Shown here one piece after another: positions 37,107 through 46,613 of a DNA stretch of 64,000 nucleotides. How positions within the stretch are numbered: the stretch's first letter is position 1; every line of letters begins with the position of its first letter. A model generated the notes under the pieces. That model was not told the origin of the DNA, did not search any database, and worked only from the letters and a program-made list of their open reading frames with translations. The DNA comes from Candidatus Pacearchaeota archaeon. Its GTDB lineage: Archaea > Nanobdellota > Nanobdellia > Pacearchaeales > GW2011-AR1. The stretch lies in NCBI GenBank assembly GCA_017609405.1, contig JAFCDZ010000001.1:24880-88879 (forward strand), read 5' to 3'. The translations under genes and the position numbers were made by a program.

Positions 37107-38045
37107 ATCATTGTCTTGAGGATAGATTCTTCTACAAAGCCTAACTCTCGAATCAAAAGAAACACCCTCCCACTCTAAAATACCCTCACGAGACTTTAAT
37201 TCTTTTGGAAGTTCAGGTTCTATAATCTCAATACTATCGCCCAAAAACCCAAGAATATCACTAACAACTCCTTCATTTTCTTCTGGAGCATGTGTACAGG
37301 TGCTGTAAATAATCTCCCCTCCTTTTTTAAGCAACTTAAATGCACTTAGAAATAATCTTTTCTGAATCCTTGGCAAACTTTTAACAGTCTTAATGTTCCA
37401 CATAATATAAGTCTGATAAGAAGAACGTAGAGTTCCTTCCCCAGAGCAAGGAGCATCTATAAGTATTTTGTCAAATTTGAATTCTGGATAATTTTTTAAG
37501 AACCTGTTGCAAAAAGCAGAACCCTCCTTTCTTGTCAAAAGAACATTTGCAACACCGCATCTTTCAAGATTAGACGCAAGAATTCTTAATCTTCCCAAAC
37601 TAATTTCATTTGCAAAAATTACTCCTTTATTTTTCATCTCTGAAGCAAGTTGCGTTGTTTTGCTTCCTGGTGCAGCGCATAAATCCAAAATTCTTTCTCC
37701 GGGCTTTGGTTTAAGGGCAATTACTGGAAGCATTGATGCAAGCTCTTGAATATAATAATATCCCAATAAATGCTCTAATGCTCTTCCAAGCTCTCCTGGC
37801 TCAAGTTCATTTTCAACAATCATAACTTCTGAATGCTCTTTCCATGGTTGAGAAATTTTCCATCCTTTATTTTCTAATCTTTGTTTCAGTTTTTCAGGAG
37901 CTATTTTTAAAGTATTACACCTAAAAGATTTAACTGGAGGGACCTTAATAATTTCAAGATACTTCTTAAAATCTTCTCCAGAGAGAAGTTTTTTCATTCT
38001 TTCAAGAAATAAAAGTTTTAATTCAGGAGGCTTTCTCTGGCTCAT
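37029..38045 (-). CDS. NOL1/NOP2/Sun-family RNA cytosine-C5 methyltransferase
   Basis: SAM motif DLCAAPGSKTTQLA and catalytic Cys motifs (DAPCSGEG; YSTCT). 338 aa. Confidence 0.85.
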   Translation of the reverse strand: MSQRKPPELKLLFLERMKKLLSGEDFKKYLEIIKVPPVKSFRCNTLKIAPEKLKQRLENKGWKISQPWKEHSEVMIVENELEPGELGRALEHLLGYYYIQELASMLPVIALKPKPGERILDLCAAPGSKTTQLASEMKNKGVIFANEISLGRLRILASNLERCGVANVLLTRKEGSAFCNRFLKNYPEFKFDKILIDAPCSGEGTLRSSYQTYIMWNIKTVKSLPRIQKRLFLSAFKLLKKGGEIIYSTCTHAPEENEGVVSDILGFLGDSIEIIEPELPKELKSREGILEWEGVSFDSRVRLCRRIYPQDNDTEGFFIAKFRKVRELEGGINPNEGS

Positions 38046-38095
38046 AAAGGAACATAATTAAATGACTTTATAAATTTTGATTCTTTCTAAAAACC

Positions 38096-38761
38096 CTAAA
38101 GAATCTCTACAATATTTTTAACATTCTTCTTTAAAGAATAAAGCATTGGCGGACGATGTGAGACATTCTTATCAATCCCCTCTTCTTTTAAAATACCCAA
38201 GGATAAAATCTTTTTTCTAAAATTTCGTTTATCAAATTTTTTATTAAAAACAATTTCATAAATTTTCTGAAGTTGGCTTAGAGTAAATTTTTTTGGCAAA
38301 AGAGAAAAGCCCACAAGAGTATATTCAAATTTCCACCTCAATCTTTGAAGAGCATATTTTAATATTTTCTCATGGTCAAACGCAAGCTTTGGAATTTTAT
38401 CAATAGGAAACCATTTTGCTTCAGAAGCATCTGTTGAAGATTTTAATTTTAATTTTTCAGAATTAATGAGTGCAAAATAAGTAACAGTAATAACCCTTCC
38501 TCGTGGATCTCTTTTAACATCTCCAAAGGTGTATAGTTGCTCAAGATAGTCAGCTTCAACTCCTGTTTCTTCTTTTAATTCCCTTATAGCAGCATCTTCT
38601 AAACTCTCATCTATTCTCACAAATCCTCCAGGAATTGCCCACGCTCCTTTAAAGGGACTGATTTTTCTTTTAATTAATAAAACATTGAGTTGATTATTAC
38701 GAATAGTAAAAATAAGTATGTCAACAGTTACTGATGGTTGAGGATAATCTGTCAATGCCAT
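38096..38761 (-). CDS. NUDIX hydrolase (ADP-ribose pyrophosphatase-like)
   Basis: Nudix box GGFVRIDESLEDAAIRELKEETGV. 221 aa. Confidence 0.8.
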   Translation of the reverse strand: MALTDYPQPSVTVDILIFTIRNNQLNVLLIKRKISPFKGAWAIPGGFVRIDESLEDAAIRELKEETGVEADYLEQLYTFGDVKRDPRGRVITVTYFALINSEKLKLKSSTDASEAKWFPIDKIPKLAFDHEKILKYALQRLRWKFEYTLVGFSLLPKKFTLSQLQKIYEIVFNKKFDKRNFRKKILSLGILKEEGIDKNVSHRPPMLYSLKKNVKNIVEIL

Positions 38762-38867
38762 ATTGTAATTTATACATTTAGTTATTTAAATGTTTTTAAT
38801 CTTAAAAATTTTTGCTATCAAATGCCAATTCTAGCAATTTCTGAGAGAATAAATGCGAGTTATATTT

Positions 38868-39698
38868 TTATGTAGCATTTTTATTTTTTAAATATCCCTC
38901 AATAATGAAGTATTCTCTTGAAAGAACTCCATTAGAAAAATAATTTAAAGAATTAACACTTGTTTCAACAGTTCTCCAAAATGAGACTTTCACTCCATAA
39001 ATATCAAGAATGGGTGATCTCTCAAATTCATCAACTTGGGGAAATTTTTTTCTTACCCTTTCATAGAATTTTTCAAAAGCTTCGATATGCTCCATCATCT
39101 CTTTCTCTCTAGTATCTGTAGATATTCTTCTAACCTGAAAATATCCTATCTGTGGATATTGTGATACAAACATGATTAAATCTAAAATTTCATCAACATT
39201 CTGTGTTGTCACAACTGTTGCGACTCTTTGTGGAATTGTCACGTTTCTAAAAATATAATCAAAATAAGGAATTTTTCTTACACCAGTTATTTCCTGCATT
39301 GTTTCTTCATTCAAGGTTAACATAGTATAACTCACAGACTTTCTACATCTGTTGATTGTAGCTATTTTTCTGTGTGCTAAAAGTCCGTTAGTCCTCAAAC
39401 CAGCCATGAATCCTTCTCTTTGTAAATAATCGATTAATTCATCTAAATGTCTATATAGGAGAGGGTCTGTATTTTGTCCAGTTATGTAAATATTTCTGAC
39501 ACTCTGCCTCTTGCATAATGCTAAAAATTCAGCTAAATTTGGCAACCTTGAGGGCGGAGTATCTAAGGAGTTATATTTTAAAAATTCTTCTTCTAAATCT
39601 TTGCCAAGGCAAAAAAAACAATCAAGATTACATTTTCCTAAAAGATTTATATTCGCAAATGAATATCTGCCCCTATTTCTATTTTTCCTTATCATCAT
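38868..39698 (-). CDS. Radical SAM protein, function unknown
   Basis: CNLDCFFC (CxxxCxxC) near the N-terminus. 276 aa. R-rich, K-poor composition, unlike neighbours. Confidence 0.65.
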   Translation of the reverse strand: MMIRKNRNRGRYSFANINLLGKCNLDCFFCLGKDLEEEFLKYNSLDTPPSRLPNLAEFLALCKRQSVRNIYITGQNTDPLLYRHLDELIDYLQREGFMAGLRTNGLLAHRKIATINRCRKSVSYTMLTLNEETMQEITGVRKIPYFDYIFRNVTIPQRVATVVTTQNVDEILDLIMFVSQYPQIGYFQVRRISTDTREKEMMEHIEAFEKFYERVRKKFPQVDEFERSPILDIYGVKVSFWRTVETSVNSLNYFSNGVLSREYFIIEGYLKNKNAT

Positions 39699-39897
39699 AT
39701 CTTAAACTAATTTTAGCAGCTAGAGGATGTATTATCTCTAATTTTTTAAGAGATAAATTATATGCCTGTCGAAACTTTGTCCTCACTCTTGATATTAAGT
39801 TTTTATGGTAATTTTCTTCAAATGCTCCTGGATTTACCTCTATTATCCCTCCATCAACATTGGGATTTCCTATTTTTAAATTAAGATATCTCTCCAT
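39679..39897 (-). CDS. Small hypothetical protein
   Basis: 72 aa, between the NAPRTase-like gene and the radical SAM gene, overlapping both. Confidence 0.25.
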   Translation of the reverse strand: MERYLNLKIGNPNVDGGIIEVNPGAFEENYHKNLISRVRTKFRQAYNLSLKKLEIIHPLAAKISLRYDDKEK

Positions 39898-41049
39898 TTA
39901 AAGCTCCTCTAATCTATTTGATTTAACCTCACACCTTCCTTTTTTTGCAAGAGGCATCCATTTCTTTTCTTTTTCACTAAAATATGCTACAATATCTGAT
40001 GTAGTTATAACAATATTTTTTGTTAAACTACCAGTTCCAATTGAATTGAATAACTCTCTTCCATAAAGTTGTTGATATTTTTTATCTGCTTCAATAAATG
40101 CGAGAGTTTTTTCTGTATTAAATCCTGAAGAAACTACAATTCCAACATTTTCAAACCCTTCCTTATCAAGAGCTCTTCTTAAAGCCCAAACTGCTGGAAT
40201 AGTTACTCCTTTTCCTTTGAGATATTTTTCTGGAACATTTAATTTTGGTAATTCCACATTTGTTGAGTTTTGAGCATAATTTTCCCCACAGGTGTCGATT
40301 CTTATTGCTGCTAAGCTTTCCAGATTTCTTGCTGTTGCTAAACTATCTGCAATTTCTCTATTAAAAGTATCAATTAAAACAATTCTTGGGACATTTTCGT
40401 CAATGTATTTCTCAAATCCTCTTGCAGCTGCGAGAGTAGGGTTCTTGTCTAATCCATTCTCACGAATATTTGCAGTGTAACTTAAAATAAGAGCATGAGG
40501 TATTGTTCCAATTCCTTTAGTCCTCCATGCTCTTGCTCCAATATCAGTAGAGCATCCTGCAAATCCTTCTTCTTGACAAATTTTAGCAATTCTTTCGTCT
40601 AATGATGGTGAGAAATGTCTTGCTCCAAAATAAAAAACTGGTTTATTATTTGCAGCTTTTACAATCTCTCTAGCACTCTTTCTGATCTCTTCAAAATCAA
40701 TTCTTCCATAACATTCTTGTGTTAAAGCTCCCGAAAGTATCCCTAAATAAACAGTCTCTAATTCTATTAGATCTTGAACCCTTCCTTCAAGTTTAATAAT
40801 TGGCTCTCCTGCTTTATAATCTTGCCCATCTGCTAAAGAAAAGATTCTTACCCCCTCCCCAGCAATAGAGCGTATAAAATCGACTGCAGAATTGATTCCA
40901 CTTAAGCGAGGAATATTTTTTCTTGCAAAAACTTGATATCTTACAATAGGGTTTATTCCTTCTTTTTTTAAGATTCTTCTTGCCCTTAAAAAATATTTAT
41001 CAGTATATTCATGATAATTTTGTTTTGTTACTTGTTTTGTCTGCTCCAT
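39898..41049 (-). CDS. Type II phosphoribosyltransferase, nicotinate phosphoribosyltransferase-like
   Basis: YTDKYFLRARRIL...GEPIIKLEGRVQDLIELETVYLGILS...FGARHFS...IRIDTCGE matches the NAPRTase/NAMPT family pattern. 383 aa. Confidence 0.6.
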   Translation of the reverse strand: MEQTKQVTKQNYHEYTDKYFLRARRILKKEGINPIVRYQVFARKNIPRLSGINSAVDFIRSIAGEGVRIFSLADGQDYKAGEPIIKLEGRVQDLIELETVYLGILSGALTQECYGRIDFEEIRKSAREIVKAANNKPVFYFGARHFSPSLDERIAKICQEEGFAGCSTDIGARAWRTKGIGTIPHALILSYTANIRENGLDKNPTLAAARGFEKYIDENVPRIVLIDTFNREIADSLATARNLESLAAIRIDTCGENYAQNSTNVELPKLNVPEKYLKGKGVTIPAVWALRRALDKEGFENVGIVVSSGFNTEKTLAFIEADKKYQQLYGRELFNSIGTGSLTKNIVITTSDIVAYFSEKEKKWMPLAKKGRCEVKSNRLEEL

Positions 41050-41195
41050 TTTAACTTATTGTGTTTTTTACTTTAACTTATTGTATTAGTTACACTTTAT
41101 AAAGCTTTCTGTTATTTAAAATATATATTAAAAGAGTATATTTTACACTAAGTACCATATAATTAATTTAAACAATCTTTAAAACAAGAGTAAAC

Positions 41196-41336
41196 TCATA
41201 AGAGGATTGCTCCTTTATACTGCCAATCATATCTTAAATGTCCATCCGGAATAAAATGAAAAACAAGAGGCTCATACCCATACTTGCTCGTAGGTTTTTT
41301 GCACTCTTCTTCAACAAAATTTTTTACTTCTTTCAT
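41196..41336 (-). CDS. Small ORF (46 aa) whose start is coupled to the PolB stop (TAATG)
   Basis: MKEVKNFVEEECKKPTSKYGYEPLVFHFIPDGHLRYDWQYKGAILL. ATG at 41336-41334 overlaps the polB stop codon. Confidence 0.25.
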   Translation of the reverse strand: MKEVKNFVEEECKKPTSKYGYEPLVFHFIPDGHLRYDWQYKGAILL

Positions 41337-43792
41337 TACATCCACTTTTCTAGTCCTTCTTGCTTTTTTTCTTCTACTAATTCTTCAATATTGATATCAA
41401 AAACCTGGAAAATATTTTCTACTGCTGGAAGAATTTGTTTTTTTAGATAATATTCTATCTCATACTCTCCTTTTTCATCTGGAAGCTTTACTTTTTCCCT
41501 AACAAGTTTCTTTTTTTCTTTTGTTTCAGCAATATAATATTCAATCAAACTTCCTTGCGAAACAGGAATCCCTATTTCTTTCATTTTTTTGGCAGCTATT
41601 ACATGAGGAGAAATTGCTTTATACTCTGATAAAGGTTTTTTTAATTGTGTTCGAATTATAAGTTCCTCTCTTTTTATCTCTCTTTTTTTGAGTTTTTCTA
41701 TAACTTCTTTTAAATATTCAAGAGCTTTTTTTTCATTTCCATCTTCTAAAACCATTTTTATTATTTTATTTTGTGTTTCTCTTGCTAATTTACACCAATC
41801 ACGACGAACAGTTTCAAATCCTCTTATTTTTAGTCTTCCTTTTTTATCAATTAAAGCATATTTTTTCTTTGCTCCGATTTCTCCAGAGCGCTTAGTTACC
41901 CAAATACCTCTTTTGAAAAATCCTTCTAATTCAAGCTCCATTATTCCTGGAAGCTCTGAATTTAATTTTTTCAAAAATTCTTTGGCTTGTTTTTCTGTTT
42001 TGCCATTAAGCAGGAAAGCAATTGAGTCAGTGTCAGAATAAATTGTTGTATATCCTTGTTTGTTTATTTTTTCTATAACTTCTTTTATTGTTTTCCTTGC
42101 AAATGCAGCTGTTGCTGCAGCTGCTTCAAGACAGTAGTATCTTGCTCCAAAAAATCCTTGATAACCATAAGCAGAATTTGCCAAAAGTTTGAAAGCATTG
42201 CTCCTTGCTTTTTTAATTGGGTCTGGGGAATGTTTTAATTCTTTTTTGTATTTTTTTCTTTTTTCAATTATCTCTCTTAACATCTCAGGGAAAAATCCGG
42301 GTTTTTTTGAAAAATAAAGTGTTTTTCCAAGTGCTTCAATAGAATAATATTCTTTTTCAGTTGGCTTTTCTCCTAAATAAGTTGATTTTGATAAATTATA
42401 AGTTACAATTGTGCTTCCATAGCAAGAGGTAAAGTCAAAAATAGCAATGTCTTCATATAAACCAGGAGTTGGCTCAAAAACAAAAGCCCCTTCATATTTC
42501 TCCCTTCTTCTTCTCTCAGCTATATCAGAGTATCCGGGTTTTTTTTCTGGAATTTCATTGAATTTTTCTAAATTGTGAAGAATATATGCTTCTACATTAG
42601 AAGACATTCCATTTCTTGAAATATTAAAAATTGGTTCTTTTATTACTCTTGTAAATTCTAATAAATCTGGCCAAAATTTTTCAAATAATTGGTATGTTAA
42701 AACTGAATCATGGAGGTTATACTCAAAATATTCTTTCCAATTTTTTATTCTTGAAGAATGCTCTAATTTGAATTCTTTTTTTGAATCTCCTAAAAATTCT
42801 TTTGCAACTTCATTTAGAGAGAGAGTCTCAGACTGCATATATTGAGAGTATGCGGTTCTAATAAATTTTAATAAATCAATATGAACAATCCCTTTTATTT
42901 TTCCAGTAAGCATATTTCCTCTTGAAAATTTTGGCTGAGAGTTGTCAATTCCTATTGATAATTTTATATTGTAATGCTCTGCTCTTGCTTTTATATATGG
43001 CAGGTCAAACCCGTCTGAAAAATAGCCAACTAAAAAATCAGGAGAAAGTTTCTTAACATACTCTATAAATTTTTCAATTAATTCTGCTTCATCTTTTACA
43101 TATTCTATGTTTTTGAGTTTTTCATTTGTTCTTTTCCATGTTATTATTTTTTTGAAATTTTCAGAGACCAAAGAAATCATTAGAATTTCTCCTTGTCCAA
43201 GTTTTATTTCATCTGTTTCAATATCAAATGCAAGGACTTTTGGCTTGAACTCAATGTTCTTTGTTTCTTTTATTTTTTCTACTTTCAAGCACAAATCTAC
43301 ATCAAGAGCCATGTCTATTCCACCAAATTCTTCAGAGTTATTCAAAACCTCTCCTTCTAGTTCATACCAAGTTAGAGGAATTAGTTGTTTTTCAATTATG
43401 TAATGAGTTATATATCCTAAGTCATAGCCTCTTCTTTTTTCTATTTCTGGCATCCCAAGTTTATCAGCAATGTCATGCAGGTCTTTATAGTTTGTTGCAA
43501 AGATTTTCAATGCTTTTACTTTTTTTCCAAGAAAATTTTTATCATAAATCTCAACACCCTCAACTTTTGTTTTTCTTCCTTTAATATCTAATTGAATTGT
43601 TTTTATTTTTTTTATCAAAGAGTTTATTTTTTGAGATGATAAACCTTGTTTTAAAATTGCCCATAAATATACTGGACAAGAATCAATTATGCAAACTCTT
43701 TTTCCTTTGTCATCCCTTCCAATTATTTTTGCGTAATTTCTGCCTTTCCAATCAAAATAATCATAATCAATTGGAATGAATTTTATTTTCAT
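41336..43792 (-). CDS. polB: DNA polymerase family B
   Basis: Exonuclease motif FDIETD, polymerase motifs ...SAYGYQGF... and YSDTDS (YGDTDS-type). 818 aa, no intein. Confidence 0.9.
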   Translation of the reverse strand: MKIKFIPIDYDYFDWKGRNYAKIIGRDDKGKRVCIIDSCPVYLWAILKQGLSSQKINSLIKKIKTIQLDIKGRKTKVEGVEIYDKNFLGKKVKALKIFATNYKDLHDIADKLGMPEIEKRRGYDLGYITHYIIEKQLIPLTWYELEGEVLNNSEEFGGIDMALDVDLCLKVEKIKETKNIEFKPKVLAFDIETDEIKLGQGEILMISLVSENFKKIITWKRTNEKLKNIEYVKDEAELIEKFIEYVKKLSPDFLVGYFSDGFDLPYIKARAEHYNIKLSIGIDNSQPKFSRGNMLTGKIKGIVHIDLLKFIRTAYSQYMQSETLSLNEVAKEFLGDSKKEFKLEHSSRIKNWKEYFEYNLHDSVLTYQLFEKFWPDLLEFTRVIKEPIFNISRNGMSSNVEAYILHNLEKFNEIPEKKPGYSDIAERRRREKYEGAFVFEPTPGLYEDIAIFDFTSCYGSTIVTYNLSKSTYLGEKPTEKEYYSIEALGKTLYFSKKPGFFPEMLREIIEKRKKYKKELKHSPDPIKKARSNAFKLLANSAYGYQGFFGARYYCLEAAAATAAFARKTIKEVIEKINKQGYTTIYSDTDSIAFLLNGKTEKQAKEFLKKLNSELPGIMELELEGFFKRGIWVTKRSGEIGAKKKYALIDKKGRLKIRGFETVRRDWCKLARETQNKIIKMVLEDGNEKKALEYLKEVIEKLKKREIKREELIIRTQLKKPLSEYKAISPHVIAAKKMKEIGIPVSQGSLIEYYIAETKEKKKLVREKVKLPDEKGEYEIEYYLKKQILPAVENIFQVFDINIEELVEEKKQEGLEKWM

Positions 43793-43939
43793 ATTATAAT
43801 ATTAATTGGAGAGTTTATATTTTTATTGATATTTAATGGATTGAAAAGGGAGATTAGATTTAATAGTTCTAATTAAACCTTTTAATGTTTCTTATGTTTA
43901 AACCAAAAGATTTATATACTCCTTTAGAGTAGTTACTTT

Positions 43940-44455
43940 ATGAGAGAATATTTTATTGAAGGTGGAGAACATTTTGGATTAGCTCATATTCTTACAGATG
44001 AAAGATTAAATGAGGAACTAGAGAACCATGATCCTGATAAAGATGTTCAAGAAATAGGGGGATTATGGGGCATGGCTCTTGCAGAAGAAGCCAGAAGAAG
44101 AGCGCAAAGAGAGTTAAATCAAAACCCCATCGACAGTAAGGAGGTATCTTTTTACCTCTTCTGTGAAACAGAAGGGTATAATTTCGACGACAAAGGAATT
44201 TGTGAGATAAAAAAAGACCCAGAAAAACTTGAAAGAGTTATCCAAGGTTTTGAATTTTTTACTGAAAGAAGAATTCAAAAAGAAGACTCTAAAAAATTGT
44301 ATTTGCCTTATATAACCTACAAAATTGGAAGAATTGAATATAGAGAATCAGAACCTCTTGAACAGATTCAAGAAGAGATGATGTTCAGAAAAAAGTACCA
44401 AAAGTTTTTAGAAAAACACCCAAGAAGCAAGAGAGTGGAATTACAAACTCCTTGA
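43940..44455 (+). CDS. Hypothetical protein, atypical composition
   Basis: 171 aa, E/R/Q-rich. No motif recognised. Confidence 0.35.
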   Translation: MREYFIEGGEHFGLAHILTDERLNEELENHDPDKDVQEIGGLWGMALAEEARRRAQRELNQNPIDSKEVSFYLFCETEGYNFDDKGICEIKKDPEKLERVIQGFEFFTERRIQKEDSKKLYLPYITYKIGRIEYRESEPLEQIQEEMMFRKKYQKFLEKHPRSKRVELQTP

Positions 44456-44668
44456 ACTAACAATAGCAATAAATAAAAAACTAAAAATAATAAAATCATT
44501 TTTCATAAAAATACCAACAATAGAAAAAAACAAAGAAACTGCAATAAGAATCTTAAACCATTTTCTTCCCTGCTTAAGCTCTTCTTTTGTATATTTTGCT
44601 AATAAATCCCCTATAGGAATTCCTAGAAGCAAAATAAGAATTCCAATAAAAAAAGTTGCAAACCCCAT
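44441..44668 (-). CDS. Small membrane protein, hypothetical
   Basis: 75 aa, two TM helices. Confidence 0.3.
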   Translation of the reverse strand: MGFATFFIGILILLLGIPIGDLLAKYTKEELKQGRKWFKILIAVSLFFSIVGIFMKNDFIIFSFLFIAIVSSRSL

Positions 44669-44748
44669 TTAAAAATAAAATAAGATGTATTTTTAAATAT
44701 AACTTAAATAAACCAAAAATTTAAATAGAACATTCAAGATTAAGAAAT

Positions 44749-46191
44749 ATGACCAAAGGCCTTAGTGTAAAGAAAGATGAAAATTTCTCAAAATGGTATT
44801 CTGAGGTTTTGGAGAAAGCAGAGATAACTGATTTAAGATATAATGTAAAAGGATTTGTTGTTATAAGGCCTTGGGGAGCAATGATTCTTGAAGAAATGTA
44901 TAAATTATATGAACAAGCGCTTCAAAAAAGAGGGCATAAGCCATCGTTTTTCCCAACAGTAATACCAAAAAAGAATTTTGAAAAAGAAGCAGAGCATGTC
45001 AAAGGATTTACCCCCGAAGTGTTTTGGTTAAAAAAAGTCAAAGGAGAAGACGAATTAGCATTAAGACCAACATCAGAAACAGCAATGTATCAGATGTATT
45101 CATTATGGATACGCTCGTGGAGAGACCTTCCATTTAAATTATATCAAAGAGCGAATGTTTTTAGATATGAAACAAAAGCAACAAGGCCTCTAATAAGAGC
45201 GCGAGAATTTTATTGGATAGAAGCGCATGATTGCTTTGCAACAAAAGAAGAGGCAGAAGAACAAGTACAAGAAGATATAAGAACAACCGAAGAAGTAATG
45301 CATCAAAAATTTGGAATACCTTTTTTACCAATGAAAAGACCTATATGGGATAAATTTGCTGGAGCAGAATACACCATTGGTTCTGATGTAATTATGCCTG
45401 ATGGAAAACTTCTCCAACAACCGTCAACACATTTGTTAGGACAGCATTTCTCCAAAGCTTTTAATGTAAAATTCAAGAACAAAGAGGGAAAAGAAGAATA
45501 TGTATGGCAAACATGCTATGGTCCTGCAATATCAAGAATTCTTGCATCAGTAATCTCTCAACATGGAGATAATTTTGGACTAATTTTACCTTTCATAATC
45601 TCACCAATACAAGTTATAATAGTCCCAATTTTCACAAAACAAAACAAAGAAAAAATAATCAAAGAAGTTAAAAAAATAAAAGACGAATTAATAGATAAAG
45701 GAATAAAGGCAGAAATTGATCTAAGAGAAGAAAAAAGGCCTGGAGAGAAATACTATGAATGGGAATTAAAAGGGGTTCCATTTAGGATAGAACTTGGTGA
45801 AAAAGAAATTGAAAATAAAGAAGCAACATTATTCATAAGAGATACACGAAAAAAAGAGAAAATCTCATTAAAAGAAATAGGAAAGATAAAAAAATTAGGA
45901 GAAGAGTATGATAAAAGGCTTCTTAAAAAAGCAGATGATTTTATGAAAGATAGGATTATAGAGTGTAAAACACTAAAAGAAATTGAAGAAGCATTAAAAG
46001 AAAAGAAAATAGCAAAAGTTGAATTTTGCTCTACAGAAAAAGAAGGAATCTCTTGTGCAGAAGTAATTGAAAAGGAAATTGGGGCAGAGATAAGAGGAAC
46101 ATTAGGAAACAAAAAAGAGATTCCAAAAGGAAATTGTATTGTTTGTGGAAAGAAAGCAAAAGAAGTTGTATACATCGGAAGAAGTTACTAA
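44749..46191 (+). CDS. proS: Prolyl-tRNA synthetase, archaeal/eukaryotic type
   Basis: Class II aaRS motifs, a C-terminal zinc-binding domain ending in Tyr (…IGRSY), and N-terminal KGLSVKKDENFSKWY typical of archaeal ProRS. 480 aa. Confidence 0.9.
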   Translation: MTKGLSVKKDENFSKWYSEVLEKAEITDLRYNVKGFVVIRPWGAMILEEMYKLYEQALQKRGHKPSFFPTVIPKKNFEKEAEHVKGFTPEVFWLKKVKGEDELALRPTSETAMYQMYSLWIRSWRDLPFKLYQRANVFRYETKATRPLIRAREFYWIEAHDCFATKEEAEEQVQEDIRTTEEVMHQKFGIPFLPMKRPIWDKFAGAEYTIGSDVIMPDGKLLQQPSTHLLGQHFSKAFNVKFKNKEGKEEYVWQTCYGPAISRILASVISQHGDNFGLILPFIISPIQVIIVPIFTKQNKEKIIKEVKKIKDELIDKGIKAEIDLREEKRPGEKYYEWELKGVPFRIELGEKEIENKEATLFIRDTRKKEKISLKEIGKIKKLGEEYDKRLLKKADDFMKDRIIECKTLKEIEEALKEKKIAKVEFCSTEKEGISCAEVIEKEIGAEIRGTLGNKKEIPKGNCIVCGKKAKEVVYIGRSY

Positions 46192-46265
46192 ATAATCAAA
46201 GATATAAGGAATTTCCAAGTAGATTGCACATAAAGGTTTATGCAACCTACCCTTTCTACTCCAGA

Positions 46266-46391
46266 CTATTGAGAGTTAACAACATCGTAGAGCTCTCTTT
46301 CTAATTCTGAAGTTGCTCTCAAAAGATGAGACAACTCCTGCTCTACATATTGTCTTTCCTCTCTTTGTATTTGCTCCATTTTTTGTGTCAT
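46266..46391 (-). CDS. Small ORF (41 aa), coiled-coil-like, with a strong SD
   Basis: MTQKMEQIQREERQYVEQELSHLLRATSELERELYDVVNSQ. AGGAGG lies 7 nt upstream of the ATG. Located in a 420-bp convergent intergenic region. Confidence 0.25.
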   Translation of the reverse strand: MTQKMEQIQREERQYVEQELSHLLRATSELERELYDVVNSQ

Positions 46392-46613
46392 TTCTGCGCC
46401 TCCTTAAATCCACCCCCTGCGATTTCTGAATTAATTGAAGAAAAAGCATCTCATTCAACTAATCCAGAAACCACAAAGGGTTGGATTAGTATGAATGAGG
46501 TTTAATAGTATAGACTAAACTAAACAAAATGCTTAGTTTCCAGCACTTCATTAGTTTAGTCTGAGCAAACATCTTACAATAGATAATGCAGTAGTATTTA
46601 TATATTTTATTAT

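Noticed and set aside
36814-37119. ORF-track 101-aa repetitive frame (LNLAMKNPSAQDPSLGLIPPSNSLTF x3)
   Set aside because: It is produced by the 78-bp tandem repeat, whose real coding sense is the minus-strand C-terminus of the Nop2/Sun gene.
46276-46458. ORF-track 60-aa Arg-rich frame in the proS/DHH intergenic region
   Set aside because: It has no SD and an odd composition. A different 41-aa frame in the same region has a strong SD and is the better candidate.
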